Below are positions 51,825 through 64,000 of a stretch of 64,000 nucleotides of DNA, piece after piece. Origin of the DNA: Negaprion brevirostris (taxonomy: Eukaryota); NCBI GenBank assembly GCA_030324005.1, contig JARDVH010000124.1, forward strand, positions 40,296,330 to 40,360,329. The letters run 5' to 3'. Each line of letters opens with the position of its first letter. Positions within the stretch are counted from its first letter, which is position 1. The notes under the pieces are model-generated. The model was not told where the DNA came from. It made no database searches and worked only from the letters and a program-made list of their open reading frames with translations. The translations under genes were made by a program, and so were the position numbers.

Positions 51825-52135
51825 AGAGGTAGTGGTATTGTCAGTAGACTCGTAATCCAGGGACCCAGGTTCAAATTCCACTGTGAAAGGGAGTTCAGTT
51901 AAAAGTCTAGAATTAAAAGTCTAAACTATGACACTAATTCTGAAAACACATCTGGTTCACTAATGTCCTCTAGAGAAGGAAACCTGCCGTCCTTACCATG
52001 TATGCCTACGTGACTCCAGGTCCACAGCAATGTGGTTGACACTCAAATGATCTCTGAAAAGGAAGACATTTGGGTTGGGCAGTACCTGCTGCCCCAGTCA
52101 ATGACACCCACATCCTGTAAAATGAATTTTTAAAA
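51825..52135 (+). mobile_element. tRNA-derived SINE with LINE-shared 3' tail
   Basis: tagtggtattgtc...ggacccaggttcaaattccac head. The tail cacccacatcctgtaaaatgaattt is shared with the LINE family at 3950-4360. Confidence 0.7.
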
Positions 52136-55100
52136 ATGCTGTGCCTTTATGCCTGGATGATAAATTTGCCACATGTGACAAATTAAGATGCTATCATTTT
52201 TTTAAATGTGTAAGGCTACTACGTCCATGACCAATGTGGCACCTGATTTAAGTTAAAGTATATTTATACACTGGTAGTGAAGAACAGTAATAAATGGAGA
52301 CAAAGTGTGACTGTGCTTTAGAAGCTGAACCATTTTAATGTGATGTAATTCAAAGATGTTTTTGTGCCAAATTGATACAACGAACCGCAGACTGGTGAAG
52401 ACACGCATGATGTCTTATTGAATCAAAAGTTTCATGGAATTACTGTAAATAGATTAATATCAAACCAGCAAAGAAGATTATTGGCTTGAATGCATGACTG
52501 TCAAATGCTACCATCTATTCCGTGAAATTCCTGAGTCTGCACAGTTTGGTAAGTACGCTATAATGCTTTGTAAATTTCCTCCTTGTATAGATAACCTAGT
52601 TGAAAAAAATTCATCAATATATATCATCTTTGTGTAAAGAAATTTGCTAAGCAACCTTCCTGTTGGAATTGCTTATAAGGACATTGTTCATCAGTGCAAA
52701 ATTATAAATTATTTGCAAACTCAATTAAACTTTTTTCTAGAAAATCATTAATAGAAGTTTATCTTGTCTTTACAGATGAAGCACCTCGATCTATTTGAGA
52801 CTGTTGGGACCTTGGAAGGATTGCTTGTTGAATAGGAATGAAACGCAGAAAAGCTGTGGCACTTGGGAGTGGGAAATGCAGGCAACAGGGGTGGTGTTAA
52901 GTAGCAGGATTCCCTGCAAACCTCTCCTGCCTGGTCTGGAAGCTGTACAACAGATGGGGGGGGGGATTTTTCTGCTATAANNNNNNNNNNNNNNNNNNNN
53001 NNNNNNNNNNNNNNNNNNNNNNNNNNNNNNNNNNNNNNNNNNNNNNNNNNNNNNNNNNNNNNNNNNNNNNNNNNNNNNNNNNNNNNNNNNNNNNNNNNNN
53101 NNNNNNNNNNNNNNNNNNNNNNNNNNNNNNNNNNNNNNNNNNNNNNNNNNNNNNNNNNNNNTGCCTCTGAGCTTCCTTGAGTTCTGACTCCTGAAATCAT
53201 ATGGTTCCCATTTTCAGCCCTATGCCAACCCAAATCCAGAGATACAAAATGGAGAATTAATACAATGCCAGATGTACCTACCGAAGGGACAGTAGTGGTT
53301 CAAGAAGGTGGCTCATCATTGCAAGATGGTGGGCAACAGTGGTGATTCACAGGATGTGGGCAAAGGCAGAGGGGAACCTGTTGATCTAAGCAGAACAAAA
53401 TTACAGTTTTGTAGTGCAGCTCACAACATAGTTAGAAAATGAATTTAGTCTCCCTTGTTTCTAATCAACAGTAACCAGAATTAGCTTTCCTTTCACATCC
53501 TTGAATTTTCCATCCTTTACACTTATTGAAGTGGATGACTTAAAATTGGATGTAAAATTGAAATTTTTGAATAAAATATTTCCAAACTTACATTGGTTTC
53601 TAGTGTTTCTTTTTTAGTGCTGCTTCTTTTGTCTCTGTCCCTTTGTAACATTCCCAAAACTGCATCCAGAAAGCAAGCCATCTGGGGAACTTTTAGCCTG
53701 TGGTTCTGCTCATCTGGAAAATGACTCAACTTGTCCAGTTACAGAAATAAATTGCTTCCTAATACCAGTGTTGTATTTACAGTACAATAATGCTTTTACT
53801 CAATGTGCTAAAATATGATTTTCTACCCTGGCTAAATCTAATTTCATTCTGCTGCTGATAGAATATTCTGTATTTTTTTTGTTTTAATTGGCATGAACAC
53901 TGATTTAAGTGAGTTCAATAAATTTGGCATGGACTTGAGTAGTAATTGGGTTATTGCCCCATAAAATTTCTGCCACCATAGAAGGAAAAGCTAGAAATAG
54001 TTTGCAATGTAAAAGCAAAAACTTGAATGTCATTGGAGCTACAAGATGATGATTGTTAATTTTCAGTGATCCATCATTGCACACTGTGTAAACTAATTTC
54101 AAAATTAAACAGGTGTCCTTTTTGCAATGTTTGCGCTAATTATACTGCAATCATTTGTTACATTAATGTGAGCTACGCAGTGTCACAGCTGTGCTTTGTT
54201 AATAGTTTAAACTATGATTTAATGAGACCACAACTTGGTATTTTAGGTTTCAATTGTGTAATAATTTTCTGGGATGATTGATCATTAATTATCCTAAATG
54301 TAAATAACATTAGTATAAACATATTTTGATTCCTCCATACTCTGTTAGATTGCAAGTCTGCACTGAATGCAGAGCAGCCATGAAGACATGTTAAAGGAAG
54401 GACTGGTCAACATCAGACTTTTAGCCCTAAAGCAATAATGTAAACATTAATTTTGCTTTCCAGATTTTGATTCTCTCAAATGGAGATGCAAGTATTTTGT
54501 GTTTCCACAATTGTAGATCAGAATTAGGACCCAAAATTTCCAGCTGTAATGCTGGGCATTACAGAAAGTGGGTCTACCTGTGTACTGAATTAGTCAGTCA
54601 GAACTGGAGGGGTGATACCGTTCTCTGGGATTCTTGCCTGTCTTGTCTTTGGTCTTATTGTGGAAATGAGCCTTAATGCTTCCTGGTCTATTTGAAGTAT
54701 TTGCTTTAAAATTCAAATCTGAGTCCTGACTGCCATCAACCTAGTTAAGATCCCGTACCATCACCATCTCAGCATAAAATGGGATGGTGGCAGTCTGAAA
54801 ATCCTGACCCTGTAATAGAGCAGAAACCTCAAGGACACTTTCTGTGGAGTTGTCCTTTTGGATCAGCAGTTGAAGTTAAAGACTGATAAATCAGCAATTT
54901 TTAGATTCAGAAACTCTAGGTAAATTGTTGAATGATTGCACATCAGGAAGGACAACTGGGTTTGCTGATACAGCTTGGGAAATAAAACTGGAGAAAATAT
55001 GGGAATGGGCAAAACAATACTGAACTTTGGCTGACTGAATTTGCTGTCTCCCCATGATCAAGCTATCTCTAGAGTTGCAGCTTGCTGGTAATCAGATAAG

Positions 55101-56489
55101 GTTGGTTAATTTGTCATGTTCTCGCCACCGACCTCATTGGGTACATGTGGTATTTGCAGTACTGGAACTGCACCCCGAGTTCATGTAATTCAGTTTCTAA
55201 GTCTGAATAGTGTTGAAGGTAATACTGCTGCATTCAACATGCTCTGGGCTCAATATATCCAAAAATTGAAAAGCAGCAATAAATAAGACAAAAACCATTG
55301 ACTGGCATTGCCAAAATACAAATCAAAAAAACTAGATCAATTTTTATGGTGACTGGTTAGACTGTCCCTTTTTAATAATATAGAGTTACTGAAACAAGTG
55401 CAACATTCAAGCACTGAAGTCATTGCCGTTACAAAGCTGAGCTTGAGTCCGAGATGCATAAAGATTGGAATTTGGTCTTTTCAGACTTGAGGCCTCCGTG
55501 ATGGATCTTAAATGTTAGTTAGTAAATATGGAAAAGGAAAGAAATCATCTGAAGTTAGATGTTGAGGGCAACGAGAGGCACAGTTCCCTAAAACAAAGGG
55601 AAAATTTAGGACTGGTAGGAAGTTATTGGTCTGAACACTGAAGGCACAGTTGAATGCTGCAGTTGGAGGATCTTTACTTTTGGGATTGTTGGGCTAATGT
55701 GGCTTTACTGATTGCAGTCTCATTTTATTTCATATTGCTCACAATCAATGTGTCAAATTCTGAGTAGCTGTGCACACAGTGTGCTAAGATGTTCCTTGTC
55801 GTGATCAACAATGCTGGCTGCAGAGAACTGGCATTTGCCACTTTGAAGATGCCTGTAACCTGATTGTTATTAAAGCCTGCATGCCAGCTGTCCTTGAACA
55901 ATTTCATACACTCTATTCTCTAGAATCAGTTATGTTAAAACCCTAAAAAGTGCATTATTACAGATGTTTGCTTTGTGCAAAAGAAAGCAGCCTTCTCCTT
56001 AATTTCATCATTGAACAGTGCCACAATCCAACAACAAAACTCCATTAAACTGTTGGGTATATTTATCCAGGTGGATCTAAAATAACATGTACACACCAGA
56101 GATATTAAGTGAGCGGACAGCCTTCTGTACATGCTTCAGAAACTGAAGTACCTCTCCCCAAGCAATGATCTTTACCATTTTTACATGTCATTTGCCTTGT
56201 ATTAAATATCGCACACTTGTGTGATTAAAAGGAATCATGAAGGAGCAGTGTAAAGCCTTTGAATGAATGTGTTCTGGAACAGGCTTGCTAAGTCTTTCTT
56301 TGCCTTAGTTGCTGTAGTTACTCAGATGCCTTAAGACAACTGATGGAGACACTCGAACAGACATGGTCAACTCTCCCACCTTTTGTGAGATCACTGTTAA
56401 TCTCCAAATTTCACACTTATTACCTGCAGGCAGATCTCGTGGCTCCAAATATGGTGTTCAAAACAACTAACTGAATTAAAACTAGTGCC

Positions 56490-57835
56490 TTGTAGATGGT
56501 GGACAGATCTTGAGGATTCAGGAGGTGAGTTACTCACCACAGCATTCCCAGTCTCTGGTCTGTTCTTGTCACCAAAGTATTTATGACTGATCCAGTTCAG
56601 TTTCTGGTCAGTGGAACACCTAGATGTTGTTAGTGGGGGTTTCAGCAATGGTAGCGATATTGAATGTCTGGAGGGGCGGTGGTTAGATTCTGTCGTGTTG
56701 GAGATTGTCATTGCATTGCACTTTGTGCAGTGTTAATTATTTACCATTTAAGCCCAATTCTGAACATAGGCCATATTCAGTTGCAACAAGACTTGGACAA
56801 TTTCAGTATCTGAAGAATCATTTATCCTGTCGTGGGATGTGGGCGTTGCTGGCAAGGCCCATTTGTTGCCTGTCCCTAATTGCCCTTAAACTGAGTGGCT
56901 TACTAGGCTATTTCAGAGGGTAGTTAAGAGTCAACCACATTTGTTGTGGATCTGGAGTTGCATGTAAACCAGATTAGGTAAAGACAACAGATTTCCTCCC
57001 TGAAAAGACGTTACGAAACAGTCTTATACAAGTGATTTCATGGTCACCATGCCTGAGACTAGCTTTCAATTCCAAATTTATTAATTGAATTTAAATTCCA
57101 TCAGCTGCTGGTGGGATTTGAATAGTGTCCCCAGAACATCAGACGTTACTGGTCCAATGACATCAGCACTGTGCAGCGCTCAGTACTGTTCACAATTAAG
57201 GGGAGACGGTGGCAATCATCAGTGATCATCCCCACATCTGACCAGGTGGAGGAAAGACCATTGAGTCTCCTAAAGGTGTTGGACCTTGAATGTCACCTTG
57301 AGGAATTCCTGTAGTGATGTTCTAGGGTTCAGATGAGTAGCCTCAACCAATTCTGGCTTTCTTCATTTTGTATGGAACATGACTCCAACCAGTCAGAAAT
57401 TTTCCCCAGATTCCCTCTACTTTAAATTTTGCTGGAACTCCTTGCTTCCATACTTGGCCAAATGTTGCCATAGACAGTCATACTTGCCTGAAGTTCAGCT
57501 CCTTTCTTCAACATGAACAAAGCCTTTAATGAGGTCAGGAACTAAGTGGCTCTGGAGACACCCAAACTGAGCATCAGTGAGCAGGTTGTTGCGATGTAAA
57601 GTACTGCTTGACAGTGCTAGCAATGACACCTTCCATAACTTTGTTAATTTGAGTGGACTGATGGGGCAAAAATTGGCAATCGGATTTGTCCTTTTGTTTT
57701 GGACTGGGCTTACCTGACCAACTTTCCGCGTTGTCTGTAGATGCTAGCATTGTAACCGTACTAAAACAGCTTGGCTAGGGCATGGCTGGTTTTGAAGCTC
57801 ATTGCACTACTGCGATGTGGTCAGGTTCCATAACT
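56490..57835 (-). mobile_element. CR1/L2-type LINE fragment with a nested SINE (~56815-57175)
   Basis: Reverse complement of the 37900-38640 family. The inserted SINE is the reverse of 51825-52135. Confidence 0.7.
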
Positions 57836-60214
57836 TGCCCTATATTAAAACATATAGGTTCAAGTAGTTATGTTACTGTAATGTACCAAAAACTAAACTG
57901 CAACTTTTTCAAAAGTGCTAGCTTAGGTAAACAATTGTGTGCCTTGAACCTAATGTATTATAGTCCTTGAAATTACTACACTTACTACAGTCCCATAATG
58001 ACATCAAATTAATATCACCTGATCAATTTTTATCCTGTCCCAGCATTGAGTGGCTGTAAAATTATTGTTAAAAGTTTGATTCAATCCAGCATCTAAACTC
58101 ACAGCACTTTGTGTTCAGTAGAAATCTATCTTTTTATTTGAATGCTGTCTTCAATAAAAGTTACCTTGCTCAATGATGCTTCCTAGCCCATTGGAAGCCC
58201 ATCATGTGCTAGTATTTAATAGACTGCAATTTGTAAAAATGAAATCTAAGTGGGTCATCTTTAAAGTTGTCTGTCATTAAAACATCATTGAGCTTGACAT
58301 AAGGATTTACTATTGGGTTAGAGAGTTACTTGGGTTAATGGCTTGTGATACTATATATAAATTATTCATAATTGGTGATGCTGCTGAACAGATTCAAGTA
58401 ACAAATGAAAAATCTTATTTGTACAGACAAGTTTCAAAAATTGATGTTTTTGTCAGTGAAAATATTTTAACATTGTTCTTTACATACTAATTCAACTTAA
58501 CTGGACAAATTGGAAAACAAATTTTTGCTTTGGGTTTGTTAAAACTAAATCTTTTTTGGCATAGTTCAAGTCTGACCTACCTAGTTTTATGGTTTGTAAA
58601 TCTTTTACAGCCTTAATCTGAAGGATAATATACATGTGCAATGACAAATGGGTTTGGTAAATGGGTAAAACCTGCACACAAATCTGAGGTTTTATTGAGT
58701 ATTTACATAAATTATACTTCATTGTTCTTGTAGATAAAATTGTGCTCGATTTGTCACTGCCAAAGGCGTTTATCAACATTTCTGAAGGGTGTTATTTTGA
58801 TCTGGTATTGCTGGAGCTGATAGTTTCATTCTGGGTTGTTGTTCTTCCAAAAAAAAATTGTTTTAAACCTTGACCTGCAAATTAAAAAGGCTTCAATGTT
58901 TTATGAGAACAGATGTTAAAAGGCCAAGGTCTTGTTCTACAGTCAAATATAATTAGAGAGGAGTTGCGGACTGGATTTGAGGAATTATGTATGAATGTTG
59001 ATCTCAAAAGTCAGGGTTTCCAGATGATCCAACAGCAAAGATAAGCTGATCAGCAGTATAATTTGAATAAAGTGGTTTATGTGACTTTGATGCTATTATG
59101 AACATATCTTTGTAGTTAAAGCATTTTAGGCATTTGCTGTTTTCAAAATGTGATAAGGGCATAACCTAACAAATTTACCATACTGTGTTGGTATTAGACA
59201 AAAAGACCACCTTTAAATTGCACTTGATCCAATGCCATCGAGGATAAATGCTTCATTTTGAGCTAGAAGCCTCAGCTTATCACGTCACATGGGCTTCTAC
59301 GATTATGATTGAATCCAAGCTGTTCAAACGTATGAGTAACACATGAGCTTTACATGGTATATTCTGATTCTGGTACATTGCTGGCATAAAGTTATTCATT
59401 TTGTATTGAAGATCAAATTATTTTATCGGCATTTTTGTTGTTAATTTTTTAAAAGTACCCTTTTCCAGGCGTTTTCCTAATGTAAAGACAAATACATTGA
59501 GTGCACTATAGTTTCTGATAGAATACAAATAATTCTGACAGCATCACGAGTCTTTGTATCAGTAATATATTGTGTATTTATCGATGGGGTGGATTATCTT
59601 TTGTGTAAGGTCAGATGAAACTTATGACAGCCGAAGTGTTGCAATGGTACTTGTGACGTTGACAGAAGAAATAGTAAGATACTTTGTTCTCGTGCGTACT
59701 TAAGGGCTAAACAATTGACATATTTTCTAGGATTTTTGCCTCAATCAAAGAAAAGTTGATGAGAAATTTACTAGATCTTAAAACCTGATGTGTTGCAACA
59801 GAATTCTTGAACCATGGATGCCCATTCATAAAAACAAAATTAAATAAATAGGCAGCTCAGACAATTTTTTCCAAAATAGATTGATCATGTGGAACAAATT
59901 GCCATTACGTTTAGTTGAACAAAATCATTAGAGTTTCAAAGTGAAAATGGCTGAGTTCCTGGGAGCTGAAAGAATTTATGGTTATTAATGATCTTCAAAT
60001 GACTGTTATCTTACCTAAAGCAGTGATAGTTGAATAAGATGTATAAGAAGGACTGATGCCTGAAATGTTATCCTATATTAGGCATTGAATCTGTGAACAC
60101 TGTGACAGGCTTGAGATGTCACTTCTAATTTTTAATTTTGTTTATTTTTTTAAAAAAGTCCTAGTTGATATAAGGAACATAATTTGATGCATTTAATTTA
60201 TTCTTATCTCCCAG

Positions 60215-60419
60215 ATATTATTCTGCGTTGAAAACTATGGAACTTCTTGAAAATACGTATCTTCCCCAAGTTCACCAGTACCGTTTCTGTCAGATCATGA
60301 CAGAAAATATTCCCAGGTTGCGAGATGAAGTCAAGGAAATTTCGATGTCCGATTTGAAAGACTTTTTAGAAAGTATTCGGAAGCATTCTGATAAAATAGG
60401 AGAAATGGCCATGAAGCAA
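60215..60419 (+). CDS. EXOC6: EXOC6 coding exon 6 (YYSALKTMELLENTYLPQV...SDKIGEMAMKQ)
   Basis: ctcccag|A ... CAA|GTGAG, 205 nt. Contains conserved SMSDLKDFLESIRKHSDKIGE. Confidence 0.97.
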
Positions 60420-61137
60420 GTGAGAAACATTAATTTAATTTCAAAGGCTTTTTATAACATACAATTTTGTTGATGCTCTGGAAAGTAACTGTGTGATATG
60501 GTTCATTTCTATTAAAAAATTTGTTTAAAATTGTGACTTGGCAACTCAGTGGGTAAATGTAACTTGTGGAGATGTGCTAAGTCAAACAGACCATAGCAGT
60601 TGAATTCCTTGGTCTCTGTTATTAAACAGTTTAGCCAAGGCTGGATCACAGCAGTTGGCTTTGATGCTCAGGAGAAGAAACATTATTCAGTGTTCCCATT
60701 GCACATGATTATCCAGTGATTTCTTTTAGTTGTTGCCAAGCGCACACACAGTGAGAACAGTATCTTGTGTTTTGATAATCTGATACACTCAGTCTTGGTT
60801 TTCACATGGAAAATGGCCAGCTCGACGAGGTACCTAAAAGAATGTCCACATCCACAGATCTATATCCCAGCTTTCCGAGGGGGAGAGAAGAACATTAGTG
60901 ATGGACATAAAACTGAATGCTGTTGCTATTTTACTGGAGTACTGGTTTGGAGTTACAACACGAGGTTAAATCACAAATTTTCATTTGTATCTCCAGAGCA
61001 GATTTTGTCATTTTGGACAAGTTAACTGCAGAATTGATTGACAGACTTGTAATACTGAAGGCTGTTTTCTGATGGTTAGATATCGTTATTGGAAGATTTC
61101 TGTATAAAATCATCTGCCTCTCTGTTAACGTGAGGAA

Positions 61138-61432
61138 TCCATAGAACCCATTCAGTAAAGAAGGCCATTTGGCCCATCATGCCTGCATTCCCCCCAAATC
61201 CCTGTAGTCCCCTAGATTTACCCTGGCTAATCCACTTAGCATACATCCCTTGGAACACAAGGGGCAACTTAGCATGGTCAATCCATTTAATCTGTACATT
61301 TTTGGACTGCGGGAGGAAATTGGAGCACCTGGAGGGCATAAAGAGAACATGCAAACTTCACACAGTCATCCAAGACCAGAATTGAACCCGGGTCCTTGCG
61401 CTGTGAGGCAACAGTACTAACCACTGTGCCAC
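61138..61432 (-). mobile_element. HE1-type V-SINE, near full length
   Basis: Minus strand GTGGCACAGTGGTTAGTACTGTTGCCTCACAGCGCAAGGACCCGGGTTCAATTC (A and B boxes), V domain and CR1-like tail. Confidence 0.88.
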
Positions 61433-62214
61433 TGAAACTAACTGGAGAGGAATTTTGTAACTATCAAATTGCCAAAAAGTCATCCAAATTTGCTTAATCT
61501 TTCTCAAGAATTGGATGAATTCAGGAAAAATGTTTTCATTGTGTGCTAAAATAAAATATGTGAAAGCCCTCCTGGGGGGAAGCAGTCCCGTTCCAGTCAA
61601 AATATAGCTTCATGGTTAGTTGGGTTCAGTCTTGTTAGAAGAGAATTGCTCAGATGCATTTTGTGTTCTTTTTCAAACATTTTACCATTGAAACATTTGG
61701 AAACTGTTTTTAGTTTTGAATGATACTCCAAATATTATAATGCAGTTTAGAAGTTTAATATTCAAGTTTTGGTGTACTAGATTTGAGTTATAATAAGTAA
61801 TGCACTGGCATTCAGACCGTTGTGAATACTTGTTCATTTTAAGATAAATGTGTTATGCCTTTAAACTGATATACTCGTCAAATGGCCTTTTGAGCTGGAA
61901 TAAATGATGATCCCTGCTTCTGATGAGCTAAGTTATCAAAATGGCTGTTCTGGAATGAGGCAAGTACTTCAAGTAAGAGAAGTTGATTGACAAATTTAAG
62001 ACTCCTGCTTTATCTTGGTAAATGATGTGTATTGCAATGTTGGTTTAAATTCTTTATAAAACTCGGCTCAAGATATATCTTGCATTATCTTATGATTATA
62101 CTGTTTCTGAATTCTAAATATGGATAATTCAAAATGATCTGTAATGCTTGAAAGTCATCAAAACAAGTGCGTGTTTGGAATATTTTTGGTTGACTTTGTA
62201 TTGATGATCCACAG

Positions 62215-62370
62215 TCTCAGCAACACAGAACTTTCAATAGTGTTGTAAAGAAGCAAACCAATAACAGCAATGAAAGAAAGTTGTATATTGCCAATGGTAT
62301 TGTCTCTGGGCACATAGATGTAACAACGTCAGAACAATTACAAGATGATGAAGATGAATATGAAGAGGAG
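62215..62370 (+). CDS. EXOC6: EXOC6 coding exon 7 (SQQHRTFNSVVKKQ...DDEDEYEEE), variable linker
   Basis: ccacag|TCT ... GAG|GTAAT, 156 nt open frame, phase 0-0. Ends in an acidic run as in EXOC6 orthologues. Confidence 0.9.
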
Positions 62371-62434
62371 GTAATTTTAATCATTATTCCTTAGACAGTT
62401 TATAAATAGAAACATTAATTGCATGACAAAATAC

Positions 62435-62710
62435 ACAAGCACATGATTCGTTAAGGGGAAGTCATGTCTGACAAATTTATTGGAGTTCTATGAGGATGTG
62501 TCTAGGGCGGTGGATAGAGGAGNNNNNNNNNNNNNNNNNNNNNNNNNNNNNNNNNNNNNNNNNNNNNNNNNNNNNNNNNNNNNNNNNNNNNNNNNNNNNN
62601 NNNNNNNNNNNNNNNNNNNNNNCACGACAGATCAGCCATGATCTTATTGAATGGCGGGGCAGGCTCGAAGGGCTAGATGGCCTACTCCTGCTCTTATTTT
62701 TTATGTTATT
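62435..62710 (+). mobile_element. Young CR1 LINE spanning a gap
   Basis: Left side encodes FVKGKSCLTNLLEFYEDV (RT) and the right side is the 3' tail, so the gap probably hides more than 1 kb. Confidence 0.8.
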
Positions 62711-63196
62711 ATGATATTTGTGTTGACCAAAAGTGCATTTTTTTTTCACCAGTTGGTGTGCCTTGCTATTTTGAATGAGACTGAAATGTTCCAACAATAT
62801 AAAATTAAAAAGCTGTCTAAGAAACTTGTGAAAACTGTTCTTGCAGTAAGTTCAGTGGGCAACCAGAGCAGTAGGTTGATCATAAACACTTGCGTATGAT
62901 CAAACAGTGAGATACATGGTTTTAGCAGAACTTTTTGTCCTGCCTAGTATGCGACTGTTTTATGCGCTGATTCTGTGAAGTTGGATCATGAGTCTAGAAC
63001 TCTGATAGAAAACCTTTTCCCATTAGGAGTTGAGCACTTGTCTTTCTGGGCATTTTGAATGTACAATTGTGAAATATGTGCTGAACATTTTTACAGTCAA
63101 AAGTTTTGACGTATTAATTTATGCTTGCAGAGTAACTGCTAGTGCAGTTTGATGTTTGGTTAATATCCTAAAGTTTGGTATATACATAATCCACAG

Positions 63197-63265
63197 GTTC
63201 TCACTGCCCAGGACCTAGTGGATTTCTCTCCTGTATACAGATGTCTGCATATATACACCATTTTG
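63197..63265 (+). CDS. EXOC6: EXOC6 coding exon 8 (VLTAQDLVDFSPVYRCLHIYTIL); gene continues past the window
   Basis: ccacag|GTT ... TTG|GTAAG, 69 nt. QDLVDFSPVYRCLHIY is a conserved Sec15 motif. Confidence 0.97.
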
Positions 63266-63399
63266 GTAAGTGTTTTCCAAATTCCTCAATATTTCTATTT
63301 AAAGTTGGCCATACATTTATACATTACACAGGAAAGGATATTGGTTTTAATAATATCAGTTGAGGTGAAGTACAGACAGGTGGTGGGCATGAATTGGTT

Positions 63400-63780
63400 A
63401 CTTGAGCATATTAGAACAATGAGGGGGGATCTTATAGAAATATATAATATTATGAAGGGAATAGATGGAAGCAGGAGGTTGTTTCCACTGGCTGGTGAAA
63501 CTAGAACTAGGGGGCATAGCCTCAAAATAAGAGGGAACAGATTTAGCACTAAGTTGAGGAGGATCTTTTCACCCAAAGGGTTCTGAATCTGTGGAATTCC
63601 CTGCCCACTGAAGCAGTTGAGGCTACCTTTATTGAATGCTTTTAAGGCAAAGATAAATTTTTGAACAGTAATGAATTGTGTTATAAGCTGAGTCCACAAA
63701 GATCAGTCATGATCTTATTGAATGGTGGAGCAGCTCAAGTTGCCAGATGGCTTACTCTTGTTCCTACTTATCTTGTATGA
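63400..63780 (+). mobile_element. CR1 LINE 3' end
   Basis: MRGDLIEIYNIMKGID...RTRGHSLKIRG...F and the 3' tail. Confidence 0.88.
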
Positions 63781-64000
63781 AGAGACGCTTACTGATAAAG
63801 GAAGAGAGTGAAGCCGAGAGATATATGCCTTTAATGTTTCACCCAGAATAAATCTACTGCAAGTAACGCTGGGTCTAGTTTCTTTCTTCAACTGCGGATT
63901 GGTTATTTTCACCAAATAATAAGGAAATTTTAATAAGCTGCATAGAAATACTTATGTGAAGTAAAGAAGAAAATTGTTTTCAGCTTCTGTAGCAATGTTT

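Larger units (their letters stand above)
1264..62622. other. Eleven assembly gaps: 1264-1363, 13399-13590, 15607-16553, 19076-19085, 19836-19935, 20948-21047, 26757-26856, 29216-29315, 50264-50363, 52981-53161, 62523-62622
   Basis: N runs. Seven are exactly 100 N (unknown-size placeholders), and most abut repeats. Confidence 0.99.

Noticed and set aside
52465-52840. Possible cryptic or poison exons in intron 5 (donor TTG|GTAAGT near 52548, acceptor tttacag|ATG near 52775)
   Set aside because: Each has only one good splice site, and neither preserves frame or shows homology.
61380-61432. tRNA gene
   Set aside because: The A and B boxes belong to a SINE head continuing into the V domain. No complete cloverleaf.

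Overview
Eukaryotic (vertebrate) genomic DNA, most likely from a shark or other elasmobranch. This is inferred from HE1-type V-SINEs, Deu-domain SINEs, CR1/L2/Rex1/Tx1/RTE LINE fragments and Penelope-like elements. The window holds the CpG-island promoter and the first 8 coding exons of EXOC6 (exocyst subunit Sec15) on the + strand: 885 nt, 295 codons, all GT-AG with consistent phases. The gene continues beyond the window. Intron 1 is about 36 kb, and there are 11 assembly gaps. Two things stand out. (1) An apparent terminal exon inside intron 1 (30958 to about 33000) splices in frame to EXOC6 exon 1 and would give a 59-aa microprotein ending in a class I PDZ-binding motif (ETSV*), followed by a ~2 kb repeat-free 3'UTR-like tract with poly(A) signals. 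(2) A family of Penelope-derived fold-back elements carries minimal hammerhead ribozymes with covarying stem II. Repeat boundaries are approximate and family names come from recalled consensus sequences, not from a database search.
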